Positions 14,530-28,840 of a stretch of DNA of 64,000 nt are shown here, piece by piece. The notes beneath the pieces were generated by a model that was given only the letters and a program-made list of their open reading frames with translations, did not search any database and was not told the DNA's origin. Position numbers and translations under genes: made by a program. This stretch comes from Bugula neritina (taxonomy: Eukaryota > Animalia > Bryozoa): positions 9,205,751 through 9,269,750 of the forward strand of contig OZ037773.1 of NCBI GenBank assembly GCA_964035545.1, given 5' to 3'. Position 1 is the stretch's first letter, and the number at the start of each line of letters is the position of its first letter.

Positions 14530-15371
14530 ATGAAGTTCCTTTCTGTAACCTTTCTAATGCTTGTCATGGCACTTTTCTCTATGAACATGTTAGGTAAGTA
14601 ACTGATTTTTACTATAGAAGACACTCTTTTTGACTATCTTGACTATCTATAATATCAAAATGTTATTTTCATTGAAGGCCATTTTATTATGAATATATAA
14701 GAAAAGTATATATTTTTTGTCCACGCTTTTCTCATTTTGTAAGAAAATGAAATCAACAGAAAATTAGAAGCACAAGTCACTGTTTACTACGTATTTACTA
14801 TAAACTATGATGAATTCAAATGAAACTTTATAGTTTTGAAAAATTGGCTTCATCTTTTCAACTGCATGTTGACTTGCACAGTTTAAGTTATTTTGACTGT
14901 ATCAATGTTTATATATGTTACAAGACCATTGAAGGCAACAATGTTTTATAAACACAATCCTTGAGTATTATGGGGTATTCCATTATGATGATAACACACA
15001 CTTATATACTAATAATATTTGTGGTGTTGACATTCCCAGTAGCCCCTGTGGTATATATCGTATTGGTTAGCACAGCTGTAGTTAAGTCTGTTAAGCTTGG
15101 TTCTCGGTTGGTCAGTTATTCTATATACAATATTATTCATTGCATCATATTTTAACATTCAATTACAGGAACTAGTTTCGGATTGACTTTAAAGAGACTG
15201 ACAAAGAGAGAACTAGGACCACCTAATCATAGGCTCCAAATGAGACTGACAAAGAGAGAACTAAGGCCACCTAGTCATGGGCTCCAGATGAGACTGACAA
15301 AGAGAGAACTAAGGCCACCCATCTCCGGACTCCAGAAGCTTCTGGGAGGTCTCAGAAGAGGCTTTCAATAA
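14530..15371 (+). CDS. Prepropeptide P4, join(14530..14593,15169..15371): MKFLSVTFLMLVMALFSMNMLGTSFGLTLKRLTKR-ELGPPNHRLQMRLTKR-ELRPPSHGLQMRLTKR-ELRPPISGLQKLLGGLRRGFQ
   Basis: Signal exon, canonical splice sites, three 48-bp repeats each opened by R-L-T-K-R. Confidence 0.85.
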
Positions 15372-17540
15372 ACTCTTCCAGAAATAAGAAAACTCTCCTT
15401 TATATTTCATAATATTTATAAAGTTTTACTAGTGTAGACCTAAATCATTCATTTTATTTGTATTTTTTTTTCATTTGTGAAGATAATGAATTCAGAGGAT
15501 TATTTCAGAAAACTAAATATTCCAAACTCTACTTAGCTCAATGATCAAAGTTTTTATTGCAATAACTTTCAATAGTTATTTTGAACTTTGCATGATTTAT
15601 GCAATTAGCTGATTTTTAAGCTAATTCAATTTTTTTTCAAATAATTCATATTGCAGAAGAGATTCTGGTTTTGACAATGCATTCAAGCCTCTTGTACATA
15701 AAAAATGGAACAATTGTGGTTTGAATGATAATAACTATAAGAATATACTGCACGGAGTTATAGGCAATTTCAAACTATAATAAGTTGGAAAACCACACCA
15801 TATGTTACGTGGGGCTTGACTTGGCATAACCAAAAATTTACATGGCACATAATTTACCTAATGTTTTACCTGGTTTAGGCATGTTAATGTGTAGGATATA
15901 AACAACTTGGCATTTGAAGTGAGTTATAACATATAGTTCTTTTTGGCCACATATATAGTTCATCAAACTGATAAAAGTAACATTGAGCTGGCATTAAACT
16001 CTTATAAGTTGTGGTTCTTAGTTTGACTAAGCCTTCTCGTTCTCCTTGGAAGTTATGAGCTCAGTACAACTCATAGCCTTAGGTTAGTATAATACTTGTT
16101 CAGTGTTGAGCTTTTGGTTTCTGAAAGAAAATTCATGCACTTTAACTAATTGGAGTTGTAAAGCTATGTCACAATTATATTACTTTACTTACAATTGATG
16201 ACCATGCAGTCTTGCTAGGAATTAGTAATTTATGGCAGGAAATAAATTAGATGTTGCAGCTGAAGCACTAGCATAAATATATAAATAAATAAAAATACAA
16301 TTGATTTAATTCAAATGATACCATAATTAAGAATGGGCTGGAATGGTATACTGACATGCAGCGAATTCAATCTATAAACCAACTGTGAAAGCGTCAACAT
16401 AATAGTTTGCTTGCATATGCCCAGCGTAGCCTATCGGGTATGATTTGGCATAAGTTTGATTTATGTTGCAGATTATAAGCAGTTTACGGTTGAACTTTGT
16501 ATATTTCCATTTAGGTTTAAAGATATCATTATCATATGTATATGTAGTAATTATGCTCGAAACTTTGAAGTCCTGCATATATTAATTCAGTTTAGTTTTG
16601 ATTATTATACACTTCTGCTGGTGTTTCTACTACAGACTCTGCCTTGGTTTCGTCCATATTAAAAGCTGAATGGCAATTCTCGCTTTAATCAAATAGCAAA
16701 CTTTGAGTTGCTGCTAACTAAATAAGACTATCATGGAAAAGTTTACGTTGTTTCTTTCTTCTTGAAATTGAAGAATATAACTTTTATGTTTTAAGCAATC
16801 AGTGTTTACAACACCGTATTATAGTTATTCATATAGCATAGCTATGACGAAATGCTTGAGTTAAATTTGAAGTTATAATAACTAAACCAGAATCAGGTTT
16901 CAACTTTTTAGACTTGAAATATGACTCTTGTGTTTCATATAAAATATAAAAGTAGGAAATTCTATGTATGATTTAGCTTCTAGCAGTTGCTTGAATAAAA
17001 AAATTAGACCCAAGTTGAATGGGCTCATTGAGCAAGAGTGGTTTGGAGTTGGCTGTTCGTTACAGTTGAATTACTTTTCAAAATACTCCAGTAACAGGAT
17101 AAATAGATGTATGCAATGTATAAAGTTACTAGCATAGCATAATTGTTATAGTTGGTTGCAGGAAACAGTCTTCGGAGGAGGTGCAGTGCTTTTGAGAGAA
17201 TAATTTTCAAATTTGGTAAACTTGTTGTGATCAATCTAACTAAATCTATTGCAAAATGATACACTATTACGTACTTTAACACATATATCTTTCTATATAC
17301 AATTACTTTAGATATTAAGACGTATTAGACTAATTTACTTTGATGTTTCACTTCAACTGTAAATATATAAATATATATTGGCAAATAACAAAAAAAAAAC
17401 ATTTTTACCTAATTATAAGGAACATTTTATATAATAGAAGTATTGTATGTAATTAGGAAATAATACAAATCTTCACAAAATATTTCTTTAATTATGTGTT
17501 ACATATATTTCTTTTCTTTAGCAAAATCAAACCCTGAGTT

Positions 17541-18273
17541 ATGAAGTTCCTTCAGTTCTTTCTGATGCTGTTGGTTGTACTTTTATCTATGAACATTTTG
17601 GGTAAGTTTCTCACTTTTACCTACTTTTACTCTGCACTCTCTCTCTGCCTATAGTATAAGTCATGTGTCAGCCACTTGCTTGTTTTACTTGTAAAGAAAT
17701 TAAATAGCTTGTTTAAGCGTTCGCTTTGTGAACACGAAGTCGTGGGTTCGAGCCCGGACAAAGGCCATTGGTGATGTTAGGAAGAGCATCCAGTCATAAT
17801 TGCTCCTGTGCCTCATTTGAACAAGTCCTTAGCCTGTTCTATCAAAAACCCTTTCCATCAGGGTTTCTCACAGGGATACAACTTTTATAGCAAAGAACTA
17901 ATTATATAGTAACTTTGTATACATTGTAGCAAGTTTGGTGACTTATATTATGTATTTCTTACAAAGTATTGCTTATAATTACTAGCATTCAGTTAAGAAT
18001 ATAGAATAATTGTTTATACGAAGTCACTGTCAGCTATGGCTTCTAAACTGTCGCTCATATATAAGACTTGCTTACCTTAACTCCTTCTTATAACAAAAAT
18101 GTTGATACTTTAAAGCAATCAGTTACAGCTGTGATATAATTAATTTCACTGTAAGTATTGGCTATAGCATGATATTTGGTTTGGTTTTTTTAGGAACCAC
18201 TTTTGGGTTGAAAGAAAGACAGTTGAAAAGAATTAAAAGAGGTCGGCCTGCAGGTGGATATGGATTCCAATAA
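17541..18273 (+). CDS. Prepropeptide P5, join(17541..17601,18194..18273): MKFLQFFLMLLVVLLSMNILGTTFGLKERQLKRIKR-GRPAGGYGFQ
   Basis: 61-nt signal exon, GTAAGT donor, T-rich AG acceptor at 18192-18193, R-I-K-R site, 10-aa mature peptide. Missed by the ORF track. Confidence 0.85.
17705..17877 (+). mobile_element. tRNA-derived SINE-like element in the P5 intron
   Basis: A-box-like tagcttgtttaagcg and B-box gggttcgagccc (~17744-17755). About 170 bp absent at the paralogous position (~26990) in the P6 intron. Confidence 0.65.
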
Positions 18274-18788
18274 CTAAGCATGTTTCTTATAAGTGGATTA
18301 TTTGAATATGTTACAAGTCTCATGTAATAATAATATGTTATATGAAACAGTTATAATGCATTTTATTACTGGTTGCTAATTATGAAGACTATGTTGCATA
18401 TCTATTATATATATAGCCAAATAATGGAAAGCTGAAATAAATGTTTTTGCTATTTTTATCACAATATTAATATATATTACACAGCATGTACATTACATAT
18501 TATATTTGGGTCATTTTACTTAATTCAGTACACACTGGATATCTTCAGTTTTTGGCTATCTTTCACAATTTAGCTAGTAATGAACATGGTCTTTTGGCCA
18601 AAACTATAAGTAAAACACCAATAAATACACCTAAATAATCAAAGTTCTTTTTAATTTTGCTTTATTTCTTATGTTTTTTCCTAATCATTCAGCTAGTTTT
18701 GGTTACCAACGTACAGTTACGGTTTTTTCGTAACATCGGCACATATAGAATATTAAGTGCATATGACAATGACCTGTGCTTTAATGTT

Positions 18789-18799
18789 GGGGAATCCCC
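18789..18799. promoter_or_regulatory. Candidate NF-kB/Rel site GGGGAATCCCC (second copy 27963-27973)
   Basis: Matches GGGRNNYYCC consensus in very AT-rich DNA ~0.5 kb downstream of P5 and P6. Function not shown. Confidence 0.3.
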
Positions 18800-19148
18800 T
18801 TCCAACCTTTTCTGTTATGCGTAGTTAAAACCAGCACATAAAAATACCATGTATGGTAAATTTCAATTGATTTTGAGCAAACTTTAATGTTAGGTCATAA
18901 GTTGCTGCATGGTGTGTATAATATACTAAATGAAGTAAACTGACTCATTTAAGTATTATTAAATTATTGATTTCAAATTGATAACAATAATTAATAAACT
19001 TGTAAAGCTAATTCATGACTTTAAAATATCAAATATATGTGTCACTGAATTTGTTAATTCAAACACATTTCTGCCAGTGCACATTAGACTGACCTATTAT
19101 TAAGCTTAATTGCTTCAATTAGTAAAACTATTCTAATATGTTTATATA

Positions 19149-19251
<103 letters not shown>

Positions 19252-19468
19252 TTGGTTCTGAAGTTGCTGCAAGTAAGAAAACAGAAGTAATAACTGAATT
19301 TCAGCATGTCCATGGTATGAAATATGGCATAAGCTGTGATTTATTCTGCAGATATATAAATGATTTATGATTGACTATTCTATTGCATTTTACTTTGGCT
19401 TAGCAGCTTGATTGTGTATTAAAAAGCTTGTTATTTGAGGTCTGCTCTAATTTATAATCTTTATAGAT

Positions 19469-19593
<125 letters not shown>

Positions 19594-20160
19594 GCAGATT
19601 TCAAAAACATTTTAAAATTTTAAACTACAAAATTAACTATAAGCATTGAATAGCATTACACAGCAGGTCCTTTCGATATCAAATGTTATCTATGCATATA
19701 ACTTTGCCAAGCATTTTAACAGTTGAATAATTTTTGAATAACTCATCAAACTATATTATAGTAACAGTACGTATTCATTGCTTTTTAAGCTGTAGAATTT
19801 CATTGCGAAATTTGACATATCGTTCAGGGTTGTAATTGACGTCATATGTGTATCATACTCTATTGATGTTTGTATGCATGATCAACTTCTCTCAACTGTC
19901 ATATTTTATGGCTACAAGTGTCAGGTGAAGGAATGGAAGGAATTTTTTAATTATCTATGCCAAGTCTTAAAGTAGGCAGGATAATGGAATGCATACAATT
20001 AGGTATCCTACACAACAGATATAAATGAACCTGCTTCATTTAATATGCATGTATGAAAAACTTGACAAATTAAAAACCATTAAAAACCTATGGTATATTT
20101 AATTGTTTTATAATTACATCATGCTTAAGTGTATATTATTTGGTCAGCTTTAGTTTTTAA

Positions 20161-20240
20161 AAAGCAGTTTGGGATTGAGCTCAAAAAGTTTGAAGAGAGT
20201 TAAAAGAGGCGTTCCAACTCCAGGCGGTTGATTTCAATAA
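20161..20240 (+). pseudogene. Orphan second exon of the peptide family: SSLGLSSKSLKRVKR-GVPTPGG*FQ*
   Basis: Homologous to P5 exon 2. The expected acceptor reads AA instead of AG. TGA at 20229-20231 replaces the GGA of GFQ. No signal exon found upstream. Confidence 0.65.
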
Positions 20241-21940
20241 GCTGTTCTAGCAATGACTAAACACTTTCCTTATATTTTCTTCTATATCATGAATTGCAAA
20301 TCTATAATGTAATACGTTAATCTATAATATGATTACATATGAAAGAAAATGAGAGCAACTGTTTTACTGGTCGCATATTCAATTCCGAAAATTGTCTTGC
20401 ATGTCTACTATATATACATCTAGTTTAGATGGAAAGGTTAAAATAAACTATATTTTTTCAATATACTGTTTTATTTTTATATTATGCATATTATAATAAA
20501 AGATTGTTATATACTGGCTTCCTATTGACAAAATTAAAATATTGAATTTTGAAGCTTAATTTCAAAATGCTATTAAAATACATTACTGAATTTGTTAATT
20601 CGATTCCATTACCATTATTTACAAAGGTATGTTAAACTGACTTGCAATTAAGTTGAATTATTTGAGTTTGTAAAAATATCTGGCAGTTTATCAAGTGTGA
20701 GATGGTTGGCTCTTGCTGCAAATAAAAAGAACATTAATAATAGCTGAGCAACTGCAAGAATCGTACAAAACTAATAAACTAGCAATCTACAGCCTTCAGG
20801 TTGTCTATACTTACTGAAAGTGTCAACTGAATGCCAGCATGTCTATATGGTATGACAACTGGTATAAGCTTTGATTTATGCTGCGGGTATAATGCGATTT
20901 ATGATCAATCAATTTATTACATTTTACTTTGGCTTAGTTGCTTTAATATACTATATATATACACAGCTTGACAGTTTGTTCCAGCTCTAATTCATAACAT
21001 TTATAGATGAATCATTTCGCCCACCTATAACATGATATTAGATTTCACGTATATATTCCAAGTAGATGGCATATAACAAGATATACCTATATATTATTTT
21101 TCAATATTTAGGTTTCTCAAATAACCACTTTTTATGCCAATAAATATCTTCCAGTTGAATAGATTTGGTATGCAATAAATGTGCTCTATATATACAAAGG
21201 TGCCCAACTTAGTTACCCAATTATATAATATCCACACTACTTATTGATTTTACAACTATAGTAGCTTAATGACTACCTGGTTGAATGTTACTTGATGATT
21301 CAATATTCAGTGATCAGGTGGTGGAAAAACAGCATGCTTATTATCCTCAGTTTGTGTCTATATAATCAGCAGTTTCTTTCATACTGCAGATGGCAGACAA
21401 GATAATGTACAACGTCATGCAGGATGCATACAGATAAAACAGAGTATGAAATGTATAGTACTCTAGGTACACAAGTACAATAGTACTAGGTAATGGTTTA
21501 CAGGTCATTTTGAAATTATCTACATATATGCATGCCTTTGCTAAGCATTTTAACTTTTGAATATGCTTTTACTTTACTATCTAATGTATAGAAGTTGTGA
21601 ATTCCGCAACAAAAACAGCTTGAAATTTTGAAGTCAGCCATGATTTATAGTAATAAATATATAATATTTATCCTACATTTCAAACATTAATCATTATTTA
21701 TAGTCTTAAATAAGTGATGGTTGCCTGCTAAACCTTGTTATACCTCATTTACTAATTAAAGTAAGCTGTATGCTATAGGAAGGAACCTTAACTTAACTAT
21801 GCTATATGAATTTAAAGGGTCAACTATGACTTATATAAACTTAAATATGTCTAGTCTTATTTTCAGAAACATTGCATGCATTTTAATATAAACTACAGAT
21901 ATCTATAATATTCTATTGCTCAAACTAAAATATAAATTTG

Positions 21941-21996
<56 letters not shown>

Positions 21997-22000
21997 CAAA

Positions 22001-22043
<43 letters not shown>

Positions 22044-24497
22044 CTGCTCTTTTTGTTATAACAAGTTATAGCTAAATAATGATAAATGACAATAAGATTC
22101 TTGTCGATGATGCAGTTAAATATATATATATATATTTATATAATATATATATATAATATATAGCAAAATATAAAGCATAAAAATTGGACCTGCAATAGAT
22201 AAACTAAGCTTTGGAGTGTGAAACAAACAGCTAAAATTCCCAGTTCAGCAAAAATATTATTATTTTTTATGCAGATTATAAGTATACTATTTAAAAAAAG
22301 TTATAATCACTCAAACTTTAATGTTGGTCCACCGATGTTTAAACGATATATTACACTAGCAATATAAGGCAGTAAAACATATGGTAATTTGCTACAATTA
22401 AAAAATTAAATTAAATTAAACTTGATATGGGCATTCAATTTAAAGTAGTTAAGTTATTATTTTAAAATTTTTATACTCAAAACTTTGTTTTTATGTGCTT
22501 CAACATCAAAATTTAGTGTTATTCAATTTTCCGCTAAACTTCTTTGACTTACTTCGTTCTTATTAGTATTAGATTATTTTCCTTTGAACAGCAGATGTTT
22601 CAAGTTTTAGATATATTAGATGAAGGTTTTCCTGTTGTGCTGGCACCACTATACATCTTCAGTAGCTTACATGAAAGGTCTATATTATTCTTAAGATAGT
22701 TTGTTAATCTTCTATCAGACCATTAAAAAGGGTTATATGGTGCCTAGATTTTAGAATGCATCAGCTTATATGACTCAGTCACTCCGGTGTATCAGTTTGG
22801 ATATATCAACACCTCTGTTTTATTTACAGCTTATAGTTTCACGTTATGTTGATTGAAGTTATAGTATTATATGTATTAGCTTCTCACTTATAGTGTCCAT
22901 GCAATTTTTATTCAAGATTTTCTTAAAATTTCGCTTTGATGTACCTTTTCAAGCCGTAAAATTGCATAAAAAATATAACTAAAAAATTGTGTTACCTTTC
23001 ACAGTTTTTGCAAATTCATTTTCTTTTAAACAGCAATTGAGAGAAGACAACTGTCAAGCATCACCATGCATAAAATAATATTCTAACACAGTTTGGCACG
23101 TAATGTTTATTTGTCAAGTTGAATGCGCCCATAAAGCCTATCCGCCTTAATAAATATTTATGGGAATAGAAATTTTGATTCTTTTAATTCCATACCAATA
23201 ATAATTGGCAATTATAATGCTATTTATGCATTATATTGACAATAATAGATGGTGAAATAAACAGTATATAAATTATAACTACTCACAATCTCTATTTACA
23301 TATTTTGTTCATTAGCAAATACCAAAATTATTATAAGAAATATCACACCATATCGTTAAAATAAAAGATGTATCAATGCAACGTTTATAACTGAATAATT
23401 TGTGATTCCACATACTGCATGATAGAGTAAGACGTGTAGTTGTCATATGCAGCTCTTGCTGCACATTATATGCTGCTAAAAAATTGAGAGCATAAAATTA
23501 CATTTCCATACATTTATTATTTGAAATTGTGTCAAGACCTAAACAAAGTTTTATAGAATGGTACTGTTTTTCATTGTAAAACATCCAATTCTAAAAAACA
23601 GTATTTATAGGACAATTTTAGTAGCTACTTCACTGGTTAAGTTAAAACAGCTTACAGTCATGGAATTATCTATTTATAGTTACAGTTGAACAATTTTGCA
23701 TACAGCATCCGGGTTCTAGGGGTGCCAATTATGATATATAAGAAGTTATGCTCCAAATATTTATTATAGACTTGTAGGTATATTGTCATATAAGATAAAG
23801 CATTAGTGGAAAGCAGAGTCAATAAAAAACGAAACTTCAGAAGCTGGTAAGATTTCCATATTTCATGTCAAAACGAAAATATAAATGTGGTGTATTTATG
23901 CGAAGCATTGCATTTAACTCTAATAAAGTAAACAGTTTCAATAGTAGATGACTCTTTTTGACTATCTTGATTATCTAAAGTATCAAAATGTTATTTTCAT
24001 TGAAGGCCATTTTATTATGAATATATAAGAAAAGTATATTTTTCTTGTCGACGCTTTTCTCGTTATGTAATAAAATGAAATCAACAGAAAATTAGAAGCA
24101 CAAGTTACTGTTTACTACGTATTCACTATAAACTATAATGAATTCAAATGAAACTTTATAGTTTTGAAAAATTGGCTACATCTTTTCAACTGCATGTTGA
24201 CCTGCACAGTTTAAGTTATTTTGACTGTATCAATTTTTATATATGTTACAAGACCATTGAAGGCAACAATTATGTTTTATAAACACAATCCTTGAGTATT
24301 ATGGGGTATTTCATTATGTTGATAGCACACACTTATACTACTGATATTTGTGGTGTTGACATTCCCAGTAGCCCCTGTGGTATATATCGTATTGGTTAGC
24401 ACAGCTGTAGTTAAGTCTGTTAAGCTTGGTTCTCGGTTGGTCAGTTATTCTATATACAATATTATTCATTGCATCATATGTTGGCATTCAATTACAG

Positions 24498-24652
24498 GAA
24501 CTAGTTTCGGATTGACTTTAAAAAGACTGACAAAAAGAGAACTAGGACCACCTAGTCATGGGCTCCAGCTAACACTGACAAAGAGAGAACTAAGGCCACC
24601 CAGCCACGGACTTCAGAAGCTTCTGGGAGGTCTCAGAAGAGGCTTTCAATAA
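24498..24652 (+). pseudogene. P4 duplicate with intact exon 2 (GTSFGLTLKRLTKR-ELGPPSHGLQLTLTKR-ELRPPSHGLQKLLGGLRRGFQ*) but signal exon deleted
   Basis: Alignment to the P4 locus shows ~14315-14620, including exon 1, missing at ~23948. Confidence 0.78.
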
Positions 24653-26821
24653 ACTCTTCCAGAAATAAGAAAACTCCCCTTTATATTTCATAATATTTAT
24701 AAAGTTTTACTAGTGTAGACCTAAATCATTCATTTTATTTGTATTTTTTCTTCATTTGTGAAGATAATGAATTCAGAGGATTATTTCAGAAAATTAAATA
24801 TTCCAAACTCTACTTAGCTCAATGACCAAAGTTTTTATTGCACTAACTTTCAATAGTTATTTTGAACTTTGCATGATTTATGCAATTAGCTGGTTTTTAA
24901 GCTAACTCAAATTTTTTTTCAAATAATTCACATTGCAGAAAAGATTCTGGTTTTGACAATGCATTCAAGCCTCTTGCACATAAAAAATGGAACAATTGTG
25001 GTTTGAATGATAACAACTAAGAATATACTGCACGGAGTTATAGGCAATTTCAAACTATAATCAGTTGGAAAACCACACCATATGTTACGTGGGGCTTGAC
25101 TTGGTATAACCAAAAATTTACATTGCACATAATTTACCTAATGTTTTACCTGGTTTAGGTATGTTAATGTGTAGGATATAAACAACTTGGCATTTGGAGT
25201 GAGTTATAACATATTATAGTTCTTTTTGGCCACATATATAGTTCATCAAACTGATAAAAGTAACAGTGAGCTGGCATTAAACTCTTATAAGTTGTGGTTC
25301 TTAGTTTGACTAAGCCTTCTCGTTCTCCTTGGAAGTTATGAGCTCAGTACAACTCATAGCCTTAGGTTAGTATAATACTTGTTCAGTGTTGAGCTTTTGG
25401 TTTCTGAAAGAAAATTCATGCACTTTAACTAATTGGAGTTGTAAAGCTATGTCACAATTATACTACTTTACTTACAATTGATGACCATGCAGTCTTGCTA
25501 GGAATTAGTAATTTATGGCAGGAAATAAATTAGATGTTGCAGCTGAAGCACTAGCATAAATATATAAATAAAAAAAAATACAATTGATTTAATTCAAATG
25601 ATACTATAATTAAGAATGGGCTGGAATGGTATACTGACATGCAGCGAATTCAATCTATAAACCAAATGTGAAAGCGTCAACATAATAGTTTGCTTGCATA
25701 TGCCCAGCGTAGCCTATCGGGTATGATTTGGCATAAGTTTGATTTATGTTGCAGATTATAAGTGGTTTACGGTTGAACTTTGTATATTTCCATTTAGGTT
25801 TAAGGATATCATTATCATATGTATATGTAGTAATTATGCTCAAAACTTTGAAGTCCTGCATATATTAATTCAGTTTAGTTTTGATTATTATACTCTTCAG
25901 CTGGTGTTTCTACTACAGACTCTGCCTTGGTTCCGTCCATATTAAAAGCTGAATGCCAACTTGCTTTAATCAAATAGCAAACTTTGAGTTGCTGCTAACT
26001 AAATAAGACTATCATGGAAAAGTTTACGTTGTTTCTTTCTTCTTGAAATTGAAGAATATAACTTTTATGTTTTAAGCAATCAGTGTTTACAACACTGTAT
26101 TATAGTTATTCATATAGCATAGCTATGACGAAATGCTTGAGTTAAATTTGAAGTTATAATAACTAAACCAGAATCAGGTTTCAACTTTTTAGACTTGAAA
26201 TATGACTCTTGTGTTTCATATAAAATATGAAAGTAGGAAATTCTATGTATGATTCAGCTTCTAGCAGTTGCTTGAATAAAAAAATTAGACCCAAGTTGAA
26301 TGGACTCATTGAGCAAGAGTGGTTTGGAGTTGGCTGTTCGTTACAGTTGAATTACTTTTCAAAATACTCCAGTAACAGGATATATAGATGTATGCAATGT
26401 ATAAAGTGACTAGCATAGCATAATTGTTATAGTTGGTTGCAGGAAACAGTCTTCGGAGGAGGTGCAGTGCTTTTGAGAGAATAATTTTCAAATTTGGTAA
26501 ACTTGTTGTGATCAATCTAACTAAATCTATTGCAAAATGATACACTATTACGTACTTTAACACATATATCTTTCTATATACAATTACTTTAGATATTAAG
26601 ACGTATTAGACTAATTTACTTTGATGTTTCACTTCAACTGTAAATATATAAATATATATTGGCAAATAACAAAAAAAAAACATTTTTACCTAATTATAAG
26701 GAACATTTTATATAATAGAAGTATTGTATGTAATTAGGAAATAATACAAATCTTCACAAAATATTTCTTTAATTATGTGTTACATATATTTCTTTTCTTT
26801 AGCAAAATCAAACCCTGAGTT

Positions 26822-27389
26822 ATGAAGTTCCTTCAGTTCTTTCTGATGCTGTTGGTTGTACTTTTATCTATGAACATTTTGGGTAAGTTTCTCACTTTTA
26901 CCTACTTTTACTCTGCACTCTCTCTCTGCCTATAGTATAAGTCATGTGTCAGCAACTTGCTTGTTTTACTTGTAAAGAAATTAAATAGCCTGTACAACTT
27001 TTATAGCAAAGAACTAATTATATAGTAACTTTGTATACATTGTAGCAAGTTTGGTGACTTATATAATGTATTTCTTGCAAAGTATATTACTTATAATTAC
27101 TAGCATTCAGTTAAGAATATAGAATAACTGTTTATACGGAGTCACTGTCAGCTATGGCTTCTAAACTATCGCTCATATATAAGACTTGCTTACCCTAACT
27201 CCTTCTTATAACAAAAATGTTGATACTTTAAAGCAATCAGTTACAATTGTGATATAATTAATTTCACTGTGTGTATTGGCTAGCATGATATTTGGTTTGG
27301 TTTTTTTAGGAACCAGTTTTGGGTTGAAAGAAAGGCAGTTGAAAAGAATTAAAAGATATCGGCCTGTAGGTGGAGTGGGATTCCAATAA
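26822..27389 (+). CDS. Prepropeptide P6, join(26822..26882,27310..27389): MKFLQFFLMLLVVLLSMNILGTSFGLKERQLKRIKR-YRPVGGVGFQ
   Basis: Tandem duplicate of P5 with identical signal exon and canonical splice sites. Confidence 0.85.
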
Positions 27390-28317
27390 GCTGGTATTAC
27401 AATAACTAAGCATGTTTTTTATAAGTGGATTATTTGAATATCTTACAAGTCTCATGTAATAATAATATGTTATATGAAACAGTTATAATTATAACTGTTT
27501 TATATAACATATTAATGCATTTTAATTATTACTGGTTGCTAATTATGAAAACTACGTTGCATCTCTATTATATATAGTCAAATAATGGAAAGCTGAAATA
27601 AATGTTTTTGCTATTTTTATCACAATATTAATATATATTACACAGCATGTACATTACATATTATATTTGGGTCATTTTACTTAATTCAGTACACACTGGA
27701 TATCTTCAATTTTTGGCTATCTTTCACAATTTAGCTAGTAATGAACATGGTCTTTTGGCCAAAACTATAAGTAAAACACCAATAAATACACCTAAATAAT
27801 CAAAGTTCTTTTTAATTTTGCTTTAATTCTTATGTTTTTTCCTAATCATTCAGCTAGTTTTGGTTACCAACGTACCGTTACGAAAAGTTACGGGTTTTTT
27901 CGTAACGTCGGCACATATAGAATATTAAGTGCATATGACAATGACCTAGGTGCTTTAATGTTGGGGAATCCCCTCCCAGCCTTTTCTGTTATGCGTAGTT
28001 AAAACCAGCACATAAAAATACCATGTACAGTAAATTTCAATGATTTTGAGCAAACTTTAATGTTAGGTCATAAGTTGCTGTATGGTGTGTATAATATACT
28101 AAATGGAGTAAACTGACTCATTTAAGTATTATTAAATTACTGATTTCAAATTGACAACAATAATTAATAAACTTGTAAAGCTAATTGATGACTTCAAAAT
28201 ATCAAAAATATGTGTCACTGAATTTGTTAATTCAAATACATTTCTGCCAGTGCCCATTAGACTGACCTATTATTAAGCTTAATTGCTTCAATTAGTAAAA
28301 CTATTCGAATATGTTTA

Positions 28318-28494
<177 letters not shown>

Positions 28495-28716
28495 TTGGTT
28501 CTGAAGTTGCTGCAAGTAAGAAAACAGAAGTAATAACTGAATTTCAGCATGTCCATGGTATGAAAATTGGCATAAGCTGTGATTTATGCTGCTGATATAT
28601 AGATGATTTATGATTGACTATTCTATTGCATTTTACTTTGGCTTAGCAGCTTGATTGCGTATTAAGAGGCTTGTCATTTGAGGTCTGCTCTAATTTATAA
28701 TCTTTGTTATATAGAT

Positions 28717-28840
<124 letters not shown>

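Noticed and set aside
15195-15335. CRISPR-like repeat/spacer appearance of the 48-bp units and the 10.2-kb minisatellite
   Set aside because: Eukaryotic context, no unique spacers, no cas genes; the 48-bp units are coding repeats.
16372-17282. ORFs repeated at 3387, 16372-17282 and 25655-26563
   Set aside because: Conserved only because of recent duplication; frames break between copies.
17705-17760. Possible tRNA gene
   Set aside because: No complete acceptor stem or cloverleaf; better explained as a SINE head.
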